Positions 9,759 to 19,039 of a stretch of 64,000 nt of DNA are shown piece by piece. This stretch comes from Anaerohalosphaeraceae bacterium (lineage in GTDB: Bacteria; Planctomycetota; Phycisphaerae; Sedimentisphaerales; Anaerohalosphaeraceae): contig JBNRMN010000068.1 of the NCBI GenBank assembly GCA_050309605.1, positions 1 through 64,000 on the forward strand, read 5' to 3'. A program made the position numbers and the translations under genes. The first letter of the stretch is position 1. Every line of letters starts with the position of its first letter. The notes below the pieces were generated by a model. It saw only the letters and a program-made list of their open reading frames with translations. It was not told the origin of the DNA and did not search any database.

Positions 9759-11402
9759 TTACATCATATCCATATCATCCATACCGTTCATATCGCCGGG
9801 CATTTGGCCTGCGTCTTTATCTTTGGGTTTTTCGGTGACCACGCAGTCGGTCGTCAGCAGCAGCCCCGCCACGGATGCGGCGTTCTGCAGGGCGATACGG
9901 GGCACTTTCACCGGATCAATGACGCCGGACTCGAAAAGGTCTTCGTATTTATCTTTGTCGGCGTTGTAGCCGAAACCATCTTTGCCCTGAGCGACTTTGT
10001 TGACGACGATATTGCCGACCGCGCCGGCGTTTTCCGCAATCGTATAGCAGGGCATACGCAGGGCGTTGGCAACGATGTCCGCGCCGGTTTTTTCGTCGCC
10101 GGACAGCGTCAGCGCCTTGACGGCCTCAATGCAGCGCATCAGTGCGACGCCTCCGCCGGCAACGATACCTTCTTCAATAGCCGCACGGGTGGCGTGCAGG
10201 GCGTCTTCGATGCGGGCTTTCTTTTCTTTCATTTCCGCTTCACTGGCGGCCCCGACATTGATACGTGCCACGCCGCCGGTCAGCTTGGCCAGGCGTTCCT
10301 GAAGTTTTTCGCGGTCGTAGTCGCTGGTGGTGATTTCGATTTCGCTGCGAATCTGGGCGATTCGGCCCTGAATGGCCTCGTGTGAGCCGGCGCCCTCAAT
10401 AATAGTGGTATTGTCATTGTCGATGTTGACCTTTTTGGCCTGGCCGAGCTGGGAAACGCTGACCTTGTCCAGCTCGATGCCCAAATCCTTAAAGATCGGT
10501 TCGGCGCCGGTCAGGATGGCAATGTCTTCAAGCATGGCCTTGCGGCGATCGCCGTAACCGGGGGCCTTGACCGCGGCAACCTGAAGGATGCCGCGCAGCT
10601 TGTTGACCACCAAGGTCGCCAGTGCTTCGCCTTCGACGTCTTCGGCAATAATCAGCAGCGGTCGCTTGCTCTTGGCCACGGCCTCAAGCAGGGGAACCAG
10701 TTTGGTTACATTGCTGATCTTCTCTTCAAAGACCAGAATGAACGGCTTTTCCAGTTCGCAGACCATGGTGTCCTGGTTGGTCACAAAATGCGGCGACAGA
10801 TACCCTCTGTCAAACTGCATTCCTTCGACGTAATCGACGGTGGTATCCAGACTCTTGCCTTCTTCAACAGTGATCACGCCGTCTTTGCCGACTTTCATAA
10901 AGGCCTCGGCCATTTTCTTGCCGATGTCAAAGTCGTTGTTGGCGCTGATGGCGGCGACATTGACAATGCTGTCTTTTTTGCTGATATCGACCGGCTTGGC
11001 CAGTGTAGTCAGTTTGTCAACCGCGGCGGCGACGGCCTTTTGAATGCCGCGATTCAGACTCATCGCATCGGCGCCGGCGGCCAGATTCTTGAAAGCTTCT
11101 CTGAAAAAAGCTTCGGCCAGCACCGTCGCGGTGGTGGTCCCGTCGCCGGCGATTTTAGAGGTCTTGCTGGCCGCTTCGCGAACGAGCTTGGCGCCCATAT
11201 TTTCGGCTTTGTCCAGCAGTTCGATTTCTTCGGCGACGGTCACGCCGTCTTTGGTTACCGTCGGTCCTCCCCATCCTTTGTCGATGATGGCGCAGCGGCC
11301 GCGCGGGCCGAGGGTCGATTTGACCGCAGAGGACAGCTTTTCCACCCCGGCCAGTAAGGCGCTGCGGGCATCGCTTTCAAACGCTAAATTTTTTGCTGCC
11401 AT
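9759..11402 (-). CDS. groL: Chaperonin GroEL (first copy, D/M-rich tail)
   Basis: [34 protein letters not shown]-terminus GMDDMDMM. Confidence 0.97.
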   Translation of the reverse strand: MAAKNLAFESDARSALLAGVEKLSSAVKSTLGPRGRCAIIDKGWGGPTVTKDGVTVAEEIELLDKAENMGAKLVREAASKTSKIAGDGTTTATVLAEAFFREAFKNLAAGADAMSLNRGIQKAVAAAVDKLTTLAKPVDISKKDSIVNVAAISANNDFDIGKKMAEAFMKVGKDGVITVEEGKSLDTTVDYVEGMQFDRGYLSPHFVTNQDTMVCELEKPFILVFEEKISNVTKLVPLLEAVAKSKRPLLIIAEDVEGEALATLVVNKLRGILQVAAVKAPGYGDRRKAMLEDIAILTGAEPIFKDLGIELDKVSVSQLGQAKKVNIDNDNTTIIEGAGSHEAIQGRIAQIRSEIEITTSDYDREKLQERLAKLTGGVARINVGAASEAEMKEKKARIEDALHATRAAIEEGIVAGGGVALMRCIEAVKALTLSGDEKTGADIVANALRMPCYTIAENAGAVGNIVVNKVAQGKDGFGYNADKDKYEDLFESGVIDPVKVPRIALQNAASVAGLLLTTDCVVTEKPKDKDAGQMPGDMNGMDDMDMM

Positions 11403-11489
11403 AGTTGTCGCTTCTCCTCATATTTAGGTTTCGTTACATCTTTTATGAGTCCGTTTTTATACACCGTCTCTACACAGGGACTTATGTTA

Positions 11490-11505
11490 TGCAAATAAGA
11501 TACCA
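11490..11505 (-). promoter_or_regulatory. Sigma54-type (-24/-12) promoter of the groEL operon
   Basis: Minus strand reads TGGTATC-TTAT-TTGCA: the invariant GG and GC are correctly spaced, about 90 bp upstream of the groEL ATG. Confidence 0.55.
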
Positions 11506-11708
11506 GATGGATGACAAGGTTATCGACAATGCGCCTAAGTATTTTTTTTGAATAAACTTATATATTATTCAAAGGGCCGTTAAATGGACAGACAAACCCT
11601 TTGCCTGCCAAGATTCGACGTCTGTTCGGATCACGAACACGCCAACTTGGCAGGCTGCTTACCGGCGATGGGGTTAGCGCAAAAGTCGGTAACGAAGGCG
11701 GCTGTCGT

Positions 11709-12428
11709 TTATTGGGCCAGATTCGCGGCCGCAAATTCCCAGTTCAGCAGTTTGTCGATGACCTCGGCCACATGGTCGCCGCGTCGATTCTGATAATCCA
11801 GATAATACGCGTGTTCCCAGACGTCAATGGTCAACAATGGTTTCAATCCGCCAGTCAGCGGCATCTCGGCGTTGGGTGTCTTGACGATTGTCAGTCTGTC
11901 TCCGTCGGCTGCCAGCCAGGCCCAGCCGCTGGCAAACTGGGTTACCGCCGCGTTGGCCAATTGTTGTTTGCATGCCTCAAGACTGCCGAAGCTGGCTTCA
12001 ATTTTCGCACGCAGCCCGGCCGGAACCTTGCCGCCACCCGGCGTGAGAGAATGCCAGTAAAAGGTATGATTCCAGACTTGAGCCGCATTGTTGAACAGCC
12101 CGCTCTTGTCGGGATCCCCGGCAGTCTGAACAATGATCTGTTCCAGCGGCATGGACGCATACGGCGTGTTTTCAACGAGCTTGTTCAGGTTGTTTACGTA
12201 GCCGCGATGGTGTTTGTCGTAATGAAAGCTCAGGGTGCGCGCCGAGATCACCGGTTCCAGGGCATCGTCGGCAAACGGCAGCGATTCCAATGCAAACGGG
12301 GCAATCGTTGTTTCCGATCGCCCAACCGGGGACACACCCGTTAATATGGCGGCGGCGGTTATTTTGCCTGTGGTGTCCAAAAATTCTCGGCGACTCATAC
12401 CTGTCTTGTTTTGCTTGATCTGTTTCAT
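11709..12428 (-). CDS. sodB: Fe/Mn superoxide dismutase (Fe-type signature) with a twin-arginine signal peptide
   Basis: [30 protein letters not shown]-terminal SRREFL; CAGGAG SD before the ATG at 12428. Confidence 0.92.
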   Translation of the reverse strand: MKQIKQNKTGMSRREFLDTTGKITAAAILTGVSPVGRSETTIAPFALESLPFADDALEPVISARTLSFHYDKHHRGYVNNLNKLVENTPYASMPLEQIIVQTAGDPDKSGLFNNAAQVWNHTFYWHSLTPGGGKVPAGLRAKIEASFGSLEACKQQLANAAVTQFASGWAWLAADGDRLTIVKTPNAEMPLTGGLKPLLTIDVWEHAYYLDYQNRRGDHVAEVIDKLLNWEFAAANLAQ

Positions 12429-12572
12429 AGTTTTCTCCTGTCTTAAATAGGGTAACATCACAAGTCATTGTATTCCAACAGGTACACCGCTTCAATAGTG
12501 TTTTGCCTGTTTTGCCGGAATTGATTTTTTTCGGCTTTATTGGGCAAACTCGGCAATTTTATTGAATCCGAC

Positions 12573-12600
12573 TTGAGAAACCCAAATGGAAAGGTATAAT
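12573..12600 (+). promoter_or_regulatory. Sigma70-like promoter of hisHF
   Basis: TTGAGA-N16-TATAAT. Confidence 0.45.
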
Positions 12601-12647
12601 GCGGGCTTGTGAGTTTAGAAAAACTTATCTTTTAATGAATTATATTT

Positions 12648-13259
12648 ATGCTTATAATCATTGATTATGGTGCAGGAAATATCCGAAGTGTGGTCAATGC
12701 ATTCCGATACATTGGTTCGGATGTTCGGATAAGCAGTGATCCGGCAGATTTTCGTCAAGCCGAGGGGCTGATATTGCCGGGGGTAGGCGCCAGCGGCTAC
12801 GCGATGCGGAAACTGGCGCCGTTTGCCGAGACAATCTGCAGCGAGGTGCGGGCCGGCAAGCCGTTGTTGGGCATTTGCCTTGGATTCCAGTTGTTGTTTG
12901 ACGAAAGCCATGAGTTGGGCCTCACCCGGTGCCTGGGGCTGATCGGCGGCCGGGTCATCCCGATTCCGCCAGGACGCACGATACCGCATATGGGCTGGAA
13001 TTATGTCGAAGTGCCGGATCAGATGCGGCTGATGAACGGCCTGAAGCCCGGCCGGCACTTTGCGTTCGTCCATTCCTTCTATGCAGAGGTCGCCGATTCA
13101 GATGCGACAGTGGCGCAGGTCGAATACGAAGGACTGATCTTGGCCGCGGCCATCGAAAAGGGCAATCTGTTCGGCTGCCAGTTTCATCCGGAAAAAAGCG
13201 GTGATGACGGACTGCAAATGCTCCGCAACTTCGTTGACATATGCAGGGAGAAACGCTGA
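12648..13259 (+). CDS. hisH: Imidazole glycerol phosphate synthase, glutaminase subunit
   Basis: [36 protein letters not shown]. Confidence 0.95.
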   Translation: MLIIIDYGAGNIRSVVNAFRYIGSDVRISSDPADFRQAEGLILPGVGASGYAMRKLAPFAETICSEVRAGKPLLGICLGFQLLFDESHELGLTRCLGLIGGRVIPIPPGRTIPHMGWNYVEVPDQMRLMNGLKPGRHFAFVHSFYAEVADSDATVAQVEYEGLILAAAIEKGNLFGCQFHPEKSGDDGLQMLRNFVDICREKR

Positions 13260-14026
13260 TGCTGACCAAACGCATTATTCCGTGTCTGGATGTCAAAGAC
13301 AACCGCGTTGTCAAAGGCGTCAACTTCCTGAATCTGCGCGACGCCGGCGATCCGGTCGAATTGGGCGCCCGTTACAGCGAGCAGGGAGCCGATGAGTTGG
13401 TCTTTCTGGATATCACCGCCACAATTCGCTCCAAAAAAACCATTGTCGAAATGGTGGAACGGGTCGCCGAGCGGATTTTTATCCCCTTTACCGTCGGCGG
13501 CGGCATTTCCACCGCCGATCAGATCGGGCTGCTGCTTCGCAGCGGGGCGGATAAGTGTTCCATCAATACCGCTGCCGTGCAGAATCCCGATTTGATTCGC
13601 GAGTCCGCCGAACGCTTCGGCAGTCAGTGTGTGGTGCTGGCCATTGACGCCCGCCGCAAAAAAGACCAGGCCAATCAGTGGGTTGTAACCGTCAAGGCCG
13701 GTTCAGAGCCGACGGATCTGGACGCGATCCGGTGGGCACAGCGGGCACAGGAGCTTGGAGCCGGTGAGATTTTGCTGACCAGTATGGACGCCGACGGCAC
13801 GCAGACCGGCTATGACATCGAATTGACTCGTGCGGTGGCCGAGGCGGTCGATATTCCCGTCATCGCCTCCGGCGGCGCGGGAACACTTCAGTCGCTGCTG
13901 GACGTATTGCAGCACGGCAAGGCCGATGCCGTGTTGGCAGCCTCAATTTTTCACTACGGCACCTACTCCATTGCTCAGACAAAAGAATTCCTTGCTCAGC
14001 ACGGCGTGCCGGTTCGACCGGTTTAA
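13259..14026 (+). CDS. hisF: Imidazole glycerol phosphate synthase, cyclase subunit
   Basis: [44 protein letters not shown]; start overlaps the hisH stop. Confidence 0.97.
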   Translation: MLTKRIIPCLDVKDNRVVKGVNFLNLRDAGDPVELGARYSEQGADELVFLDITATIRSKKTIVEMVERVAERIFIPFTVGGGISTADQIGLLLRSGADKCSINTAAVQNPDLIRESAERFGSQCVVLAIDARRKKDQANQWVVTVKAGSEPTDLDAIRWAQRAQELGAGEILLTSMDADGTQTGYDIELTRAVAEAVDIPVIASGGAGTLQSLLDVLQHGKADAVLAASIFHYGTYSIAQTKEFLAQHGVPVRPV

Positions 14027-14047
14027 CGGCGTGGCGGGTGCTGCGGA

Positions 14048-14695
14048 CTAATAAGCACTTTCCAGCAGGAAGGGATTGTGGCGTTTTTCCGTGCGGATAG
14101 TCGTTGCAGGCCCGTGTCCGGGATAGACGCGGGTCGGATCCGGTAAAATCAGCAGTTTATGCTTGATGCGGTCGATCAGCAGTTCGTGATTGCCTCCGGG
14201 AAAGTCCGACCGTCCAACCGAGCCGGCAAACAAGGTATCGCCGCAAAAAAGCACTTCTTCATCGGAATTATACAGACAAATTCCCCCCGGCGTATGGCCG
14301 GGCGTATGAATGATCTCAAACCGCAGGCCCGCGGCTTCGAAATATCGTTGGCTGTTGTTAAAGCGAATCTCTGCCGGTCGCGCCTGGACCATGACCTCGG
14401 CCAGCATGGACAGATTTTTGGCCGGATCCGTCAGCATCGCGGCGTCGTCGTTGGAGATGGCAACCTCAACCGCCGGCCAGTGCTGACGAACCGTCTCGAC
14501 GCCGCCGATGTGGTCGGCGTGGCCGTGGGTCAAAACGACAGCCTCCGGCGTCAGGTTGTTTCGCCGCAAAAAGTGAATCAGCGGCTCAGGATTTAACCCC
14601 GGATCAATCAGCAAACACGTGCTTGCCTTTTCATCAGTTCGCACGCAAAAGCAATTCGCCTCAAGGTCACCTAACACAATGGTATCAATTTTCAT
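14048..14695 (-). CDS. MBL-fold metallo-hydrolase (glyoxalase II/YcbL-like)
   Basis: THGHADH, PGHTPG, GDTLF.GSVGRSD, PGHG. Confidence 0.9.
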   Translation of the reverse strand: MKIDTIVLGDLEANCFCVRTDEKASTCLLIDPGLNPEPLIHFLRRNNLTPEAVVLTHGHADHIGGVETVRQHWPAVEVAISNDDAAMLTDPAKNLSMLAEVMVQARPAEIRFNNSQRYFEAAGLRFEIIHTPGHTPGGICLYNSDEEVLFCGDTLFAGSVGRSDFPGGNHELLIDRIKHKLLILPDPTRVYPGHGPATTIRTEKRHNPFLLESAY

Positions 14696-14811
14696 AAACG
14701 ACTCCCGCGCACTATCAACCCGATTGCTCGGCCAATGTAACAGAAAACGCCACTTCGCGAAAGCACTTTTTAACGCAAAAAGGAGTCGAAAACGATGCCC
14801 CCCCCGGCGGC

Positions 14812-15060
14812 CTATTTCCGTTTGAGGCGTTCTTCAATTTGTCCGCGGCACAGATGGATCCTGTATTTCAATTCAGATAAATATCGCCTTAAAACCGGAT
14901 TGGATGTGTCGTCGTTTGAAACACGTTCCACTTTGTTGAGTGTCCGTGTCAGTTCAGCCGATTCAATCCGCATTTGTATGGGTTCCAGACGCCACTCGTC
15001 GAGCAACTGTTCGAGTCGTCTCAGATAACAATCAATTTGTTCCGCTTCAAACCATGTCAT
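14812..15060 (-). CDS. Small hypothetical alpha-helical protein
   Basis: GGGAG SD before the ATG at 15060; fills the gap between two co-oriented genes. Confidence 0.55.
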   Translation of the reverse strand: MTWFEAEQIDCYLRRLEQLLDEWRLEPIQMRIESAELTRTLNKVERVSNDDTSNPVLRRYLSELKYRIHLCRGQIEERLKRK

Positions 15061-15145
15061 CGTGAACTCCCGTACGAATACTCGGTACTCCTTCAATACG
15101 TACCGTGTATCAGCAAGACAAGTTCACGGATTTTACGACAGACGG

Positions 15146-15538
15146 TCAAAGTTCGTCCGCATCGTCTCCGACCAGCGGGCGGACCTGATCAATGCGAAAG
15201 AAAACCAAAAACTTATCGGAATCATCTTCTTCCGGGTAAATGGACGGCTGCTTTTTGCGCAGTGCTGCCACGAGGCTGCGATTTGTCTCTTGGCGAATCA
15301 TTGTCAGGTACATTCTCAGGCCTTTATCCGTGTGGCCATTTTCGATAAACATATACGCGGCCTGAAGGTTGGCACGCAGATTTTGATGGCTCCGCCGCTG
15401 TTTCATCACAAAAGCGACGGTATTCTCATCGATAAAATGCGGTTTTGCGTAAATCGCCGCGTCCACCTTGTGCCCCGGATCACAGGTGGCCAAGACGCCG
15501 ATCCCCGTTTGGTTGGCAAAATAATCGGCAAGATTCAT
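15146..15538 (-). CDS. Pyridoxamine 5'-phosphate oxidase-like (FMN-binding split barrel) protein
   Basis: GVLAT, AIYAKPH, S..NL..N..A.Y.F, GLR.YL, VRPL pattern. Confidence 0.75.
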   Translation of the reverse strand: MNLADYFANQTGIGVLATCDPGHKVDAAIYAKPHFIDENTVAFVMKQRRSHQNLRANLQAAYMFIENGHTDKGLRMYLTMIRQETNRSLVAALRKKQPSIYPEEDDSDKFLVFFRIDQVRPLVGDDADEL

Positions 15539-15766
15539 CGTGTTACACCCCTGATTGGTTATGGTACCGGATTATTGTTCGGCTGTTCGTCAGCGCAGCC
15601 ACGTCGGCTGCTCGGCAATCGCCGATTGCTATGGGTGTTGCTACCCGATATTTTCAGACTTGTCAAGAGTTGAATTTTGTCTATAATCGTGATAGATTGG
15701 TCAAATCAAGAAGCGCATTGCTGCCAAAGGGCAACGGTGCGGCCATCAATTGACAAAGGTATTGAT

Positions 15767-16297
15767 ATGACAGAGCCTGATTTAGCACAATATGACGTAT
15801 CCATCATCCGTCCGGCGGTATCACACGACCAGATTGCATTTCGCGGCCGTGATCTGTCTCCAACAGAACGCGCCAAAGTCAAAAAGGCACTGCGCACGCT
15901 GCACTCGCTGGAAATTATGGCGGTGAACACCTATCGTTTTCAGGTCACGCGACGGGATGAGCCGCTCAATCGCGATTTGATCGCGGCGATGTGCAACGAG
16001 ATGACTCATATGCAGGATTTTGCCGTCAAACTCTATGAATACGGCCTGCGTCCCAGCCTTTTTCGATGGGCCTGGTGGCTGGTCGGATTTGCCATCGGTT
16101 TTGGGTCGCGTCTGATGGGAAAAACGGCGATTCTGAAAACCGGCGTCTTTGTCGAAACCAAGGCGGTGCATCATTATGCCGAATTGCTCAACGCCGCCGA
16201 CTGGGACGAGGCAACCCGTCGCGTCATTGAGAAGGACCAGGCCGACGAGGGTGGCCATATTCAAACCTGGTCGCGGTATCTCAGTGAGCTGTCCTGA
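15767..16297 (+). CDS. COQ7-like (demethoxyubiquinone hydroxylase family) di-iron protein
   Basis: E..A...Y..Q, NEMTH, VE..AVHHY and DEGGH ferritin-like di-iron ligands. Confidence 0.8.
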   Translation: MTEPDLAQYDVSIIRPAVSHDQIAFRGRDLSPTERAKVKKALRTLHSLEIMAVNTYRFQVTRRDEPLNRDLIAAMCNEMTHMQDFAVKLYEYGLRPSLFRWAWWLVGFAIGFGSRLMGKTAILKTGVFVETKAVHHYAELLNAADWDEATRRVIEKDQADEGGHIQTWSRYLSELS

Positions 16298-16328
16298 ACC
16301 GGCCGGTCGGAACAAAAAGGAATCCGTA

Positions 16329-16790
16329 ATGAAATTTAAATCGCTCCGGGACATCCTGATATTCGCGATGGCCAAAGAAGAATCCTCGGTTCGATTTTAC
16401 AAAAAGCTTGCTGTCATGGTCCAAAAGACCGAAACGGCGATGATTTTTGAAAACTTGGCGCGCCGGGAACAGGAGCATAGTGAGGCGGTTCGGCTGGAAC
16501 TGTTCAAGCAGGGCTTTACCCTGGACGATTCGACCGCCGAGGATGCCGAGCGGGACAGTGAAATCTATGTTGAGTTGGACCAGACCGCCGGTCGGATGAG
16601 TTATCTTGATGCGCTTCGCGTGGGGGTTCAGAAAGAGCGGGCGTCGTTTAAGCTGTACGCCGAATTGATGGCTCTGGCCGAAGACCTTGAGTCCAGAAAG
16701 ATGTTTCTGGAGCTGGCTGAAGAAGAAATGCGACACCTGCTTCAGTTGGAACGCGAAATCGAAGTCATGACCGGCCCTCATCGCTCATAA
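16329..16790 (+). CDS. Rubrerythrin-like ferritin-family protein (no rubredoxin domain)
   Basis: Two repeats: KEE.S..FY...LA..E.EH and KE....LY...LAEEE.RH; AAAGGA SD. Confidence 0.85.
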   Translation: MKFKSLRDILIFAMAKEESSVRFYKKLAVMVQKTETAMIFENLARREQEHSEAVRLELFKQGFTLDDSTAEDAERDSEIYVELDQTAGRMSYLDALRVGVQKERASFKLYAELMALAEDLESRKMFLELAEEEMRHLLQLEREIEVMTGPHRS

Positions 16791-16942
16791 TGCGGCATCG
16801 TTGGAAGCTGTACCAAGGGGCGACATTATCTTTATTACAGACCAGCAGACCGTGGCCCTGTATGGAAGGGAATAAAATCTGACAAAAATCAAATAAACGC
16901 CGGAGATTCAGCTCCGCAGGCGGATTCATTACAATTGCGGCT

Positions 16943-18163
16943 ATGTCCAACTATAAACAAGCGATGCAGGTCATCAAACGACTGCGGCGGCAGGGTCATC
17001 AGGCGCTGCTGGCCGGCGGGTGTGTGCGGGATAAGTTGCTGGGGCGTCCGGCCAGTGATTACGATGTTGCCACCAGCGCCGTACCGGATGAGGTGGTTGC
17101 GCTGTTTCGACGCACACTGAAAATCGGCGCCCGCTTCGGCGTCGTGATGGTGATGATGGACGGCAAACAGGTCGAGGTGGCGACGTTTCGCACCGAAGGC
17201 GGCTATCAGGATGGCAGACGTCCCGACCATGTTGCGTTTGCCTCGGCTCGTGAAGATGCCCGACGGCGTGATTTTACCGTCAATGGGATGTTTTATGACC
17301 CGATTGAAAAAAAGCTGTACGATTTCGTCGGCGGACAGGCTGATTTGCAGGCCGGGACGCTTCGCACCATCGGCCATTCTGACCAGCGGTTTTCCGAGGA
17401 TTATCTGCGGATGCTGCGGGCGATACGGTTTGCCGTCAAACTGAATTTTGTGATTGAGCCGAAAACCTGGCGTTCGATGCGGGCACACGCCGGCAAAATT
17501 GCCCTTATCAGCGCCGAGCGCATCGCGGTTGAGCTGGAAGACATTTTGACCCATCCCAATCGCCGCCGCGGCGTCGAATTACTCATCGACTCCGGCTTGG
17601 CGCAAGCCATTTTTCCTGAGCTTTCGCAGGAGGCCGGACACGACGCAATAAAGGCAATCGACGAGCTGCCTGACGCGGTGGATTTCGGTCTGGCCATGGC
17701 GACATGTTGCGCAGGGTTGCCTGCCGAGACGGCCATGGCGATGTGCAAACGACTGAAACTCAGCACCGCCCGCCTGAAACATATTCGGTTTCTGCTTACG
17801 CATCGCGGCGCGCTGTGTGATGCACACATGCCGTTGAGTCGCCTGAAACTGCTGATGCATGAGCCGTACTTTAACGACCTGATGACGTTTCAAAAAGCCA
17901 TACTGAAGGCCGAAGGCAAATCGCCGCACCCACTGACCGCGGTGAAAAAAAGAGCCGAAGCGATGGATCCGTCCGTCGTTCATCCCGAACCGCTGCTGGA
18001 CGGACATACACTGATTGCATTGGGCGCCGTCCCCGGCCCGATGGTCGGCACACTGACCAGAGAATTGTACATTGCCCAACTTGAAGACCACCTCAAGACC
18101 CCCGAACAGGCCAAACAATGGGCTGTCCGCTGGCTGGAAAAACACAAAACCGAGTCATCATAA
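16943..18163 (+). CDS. cca: Class II CCA tRNA nucleotidyltransferase (poly(A) polymerase family)
   Basis: GGCVRD, DYDVAT, EVATFR.E, EDARRRDFTVN, F.EDYLRMLRA.RF, SAERI. Confidence 0.88.
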   Translation: MSNYKQAMQVIKRLRRQGHQALLAGGCVRDKLLGRPASDYDVATSAVPDEVVALFRRTLKIGARFGVVMVMMDGKQVEVATFRTEGGYQDGRRPDHVAFASAREDARRRDFTVNGMFYDPIEKKLYDFVGGQADLQAGTLRTIGHSDQRFSEDYLRMLRAIRFAVKLNFVIEPKTWRSMRAHAGKIALISAERIAVELEDILTHPNRRRGVELLIDSGLAQAIFPELSQEAGHDAIKAIDELPDAVDFGLAMATCCAGLPAETAMAMCKRLKLSTARLKHIRFLLTHRGALCDAHMPLSRLKLLMHEPYFNDLMTFQKAILKAEGKSPHPLTAVKKRAEAMDPSVVHPEPLLDGHTLIALGAVPGPMVGTLTRELYIAQLEDHLKTPEQAKQWAVRWLEKHKTESS

Positions 18164-18213
18164 GCGTCTTAGGCCTGCGGGAGGGACGGCTCGCCCGCCA
18201 TAACAGAGGGCAC

Positions 18214-18744
18214 TTATCGGGGCTTTATTTTCCGCAGGACGGCCTCGAACACCTCGTAGGCGTTTTGGTCATACAGGCAAAAAACAATATGTTTGAGACC
18301 GGTTGAGTCCTGTACATAATCCGCGACGGTGGTGAGCATTATCTCCGCACAGCGGTCAATCGGATAGCCAAAAATGCCGGTACTGATTGCACAAAATGCG
18401 ATACTTCGCAAAGCATGCTCGTCGGCCAGACGCAGGCTGCTGAGGGTGGCGCTTTGCAGTTTCGCGTCTTCATCTCCTTCTCCCATCCGCGGCCCGACGG
18501 CATGAATCACATACCGGCACTTGAGATGGCCGGCCCCCGTCATGGCGGCTTGACCGACCGGAACGGGTGCAATTCGATTGCTTTCCTCCTGAATTGTACG
18601 ACCGCCTTTATGAACGATTGCCCCGGCCACGCCGCCGCCGTGTTGAAGTTGGCTGTTGGCCGCGTTGACTATCGCATCGGTGTGCATTTTGGTGATGTCC
18701 CCCTCAATCAGCTCCACGCGGGTGTGGCCTATGGTGATTTGCAT
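18214..18744 (-). CDS. Macro-domain protein (YmdB/MacroD-like O-acetyl-ADP-ribose deacetylase)
   Basis: GDIT, DAIVNAAN..L..GGGVAGAI, VIHAVGP, AISTGIFGYP; CAGGAG SD before the ATG at 18744. Confidence 0.92.
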   Translation of the reverse strand: MQITIGHTRVELIEGDITKMHTDAIVNAANSQLQHGGGVAGAIVHKGGRTIQEESNRIAPVPVGQAAMTGAGHLKCRYVIHAVGPRMGEGDEDAKLQSATLSSLRLADEHALRSIAFCAISTGIFGYPIDRCAEIMLTTVADYVQDSTGLKHIVFCLYDQNAYEVFEAVLRKIKPR

Positions 18745-18869
18745 GGCAGTGTCTCCTGTTTCCGGTTCACGAATGACCATAGTATAGCCGGCACCGGCAA
18801 CGCATGGGTACAAAAAAATGATTTTCTTGCATATATCCGCGGCAATCGGTATAGTTTCGGCAGCTTTCG

Positions 18870-18944
18870 CGGGGTGTAGCTCAGCTTGGCTAGAGCGTCT
18901 GGTTTGGGACCAGAAGGCCGCAGGTTCGAATCCTGTCACCCCGA
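18870..18944 (+). tRNA. tRNA-Pro (anticodon UGG), 3' CCA not encoded
   Basis: Acceptor stem CGGGGTG/CACCCCG, D-arm AGCTCAGCTTGGCTAGAGC, anticodon arm TCTGG-TTTGGGA-CCAGA, T-loop GGTTCGAATCC. Confidence 0.97.
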
Positions 18945-19039
18945 CTTATTGAGCTTGGGGTTTGGGGTAATTTGCAACATCATATATTTCAAGCACTTAT
19001 GAATGAGGTTCAAACGAAGGCCGGTTGCCCCGACTGCCT

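Noticed and set aside
12648..14026. hisHF as an LPS/O-antigen-associated paralog pair
   Set aside because: Both carry canonical motifs and have no neighbouring sugar-modification genes; scattered his genes explain the arrangement
18745..18939. N-terminal extension of the macro-domain ORF (MTGFEPAAFWSQTRRSSQAELHP)
   Set aside because: It is the antisense reading of tRNA-Pro; the real start is at 18744 with an SD
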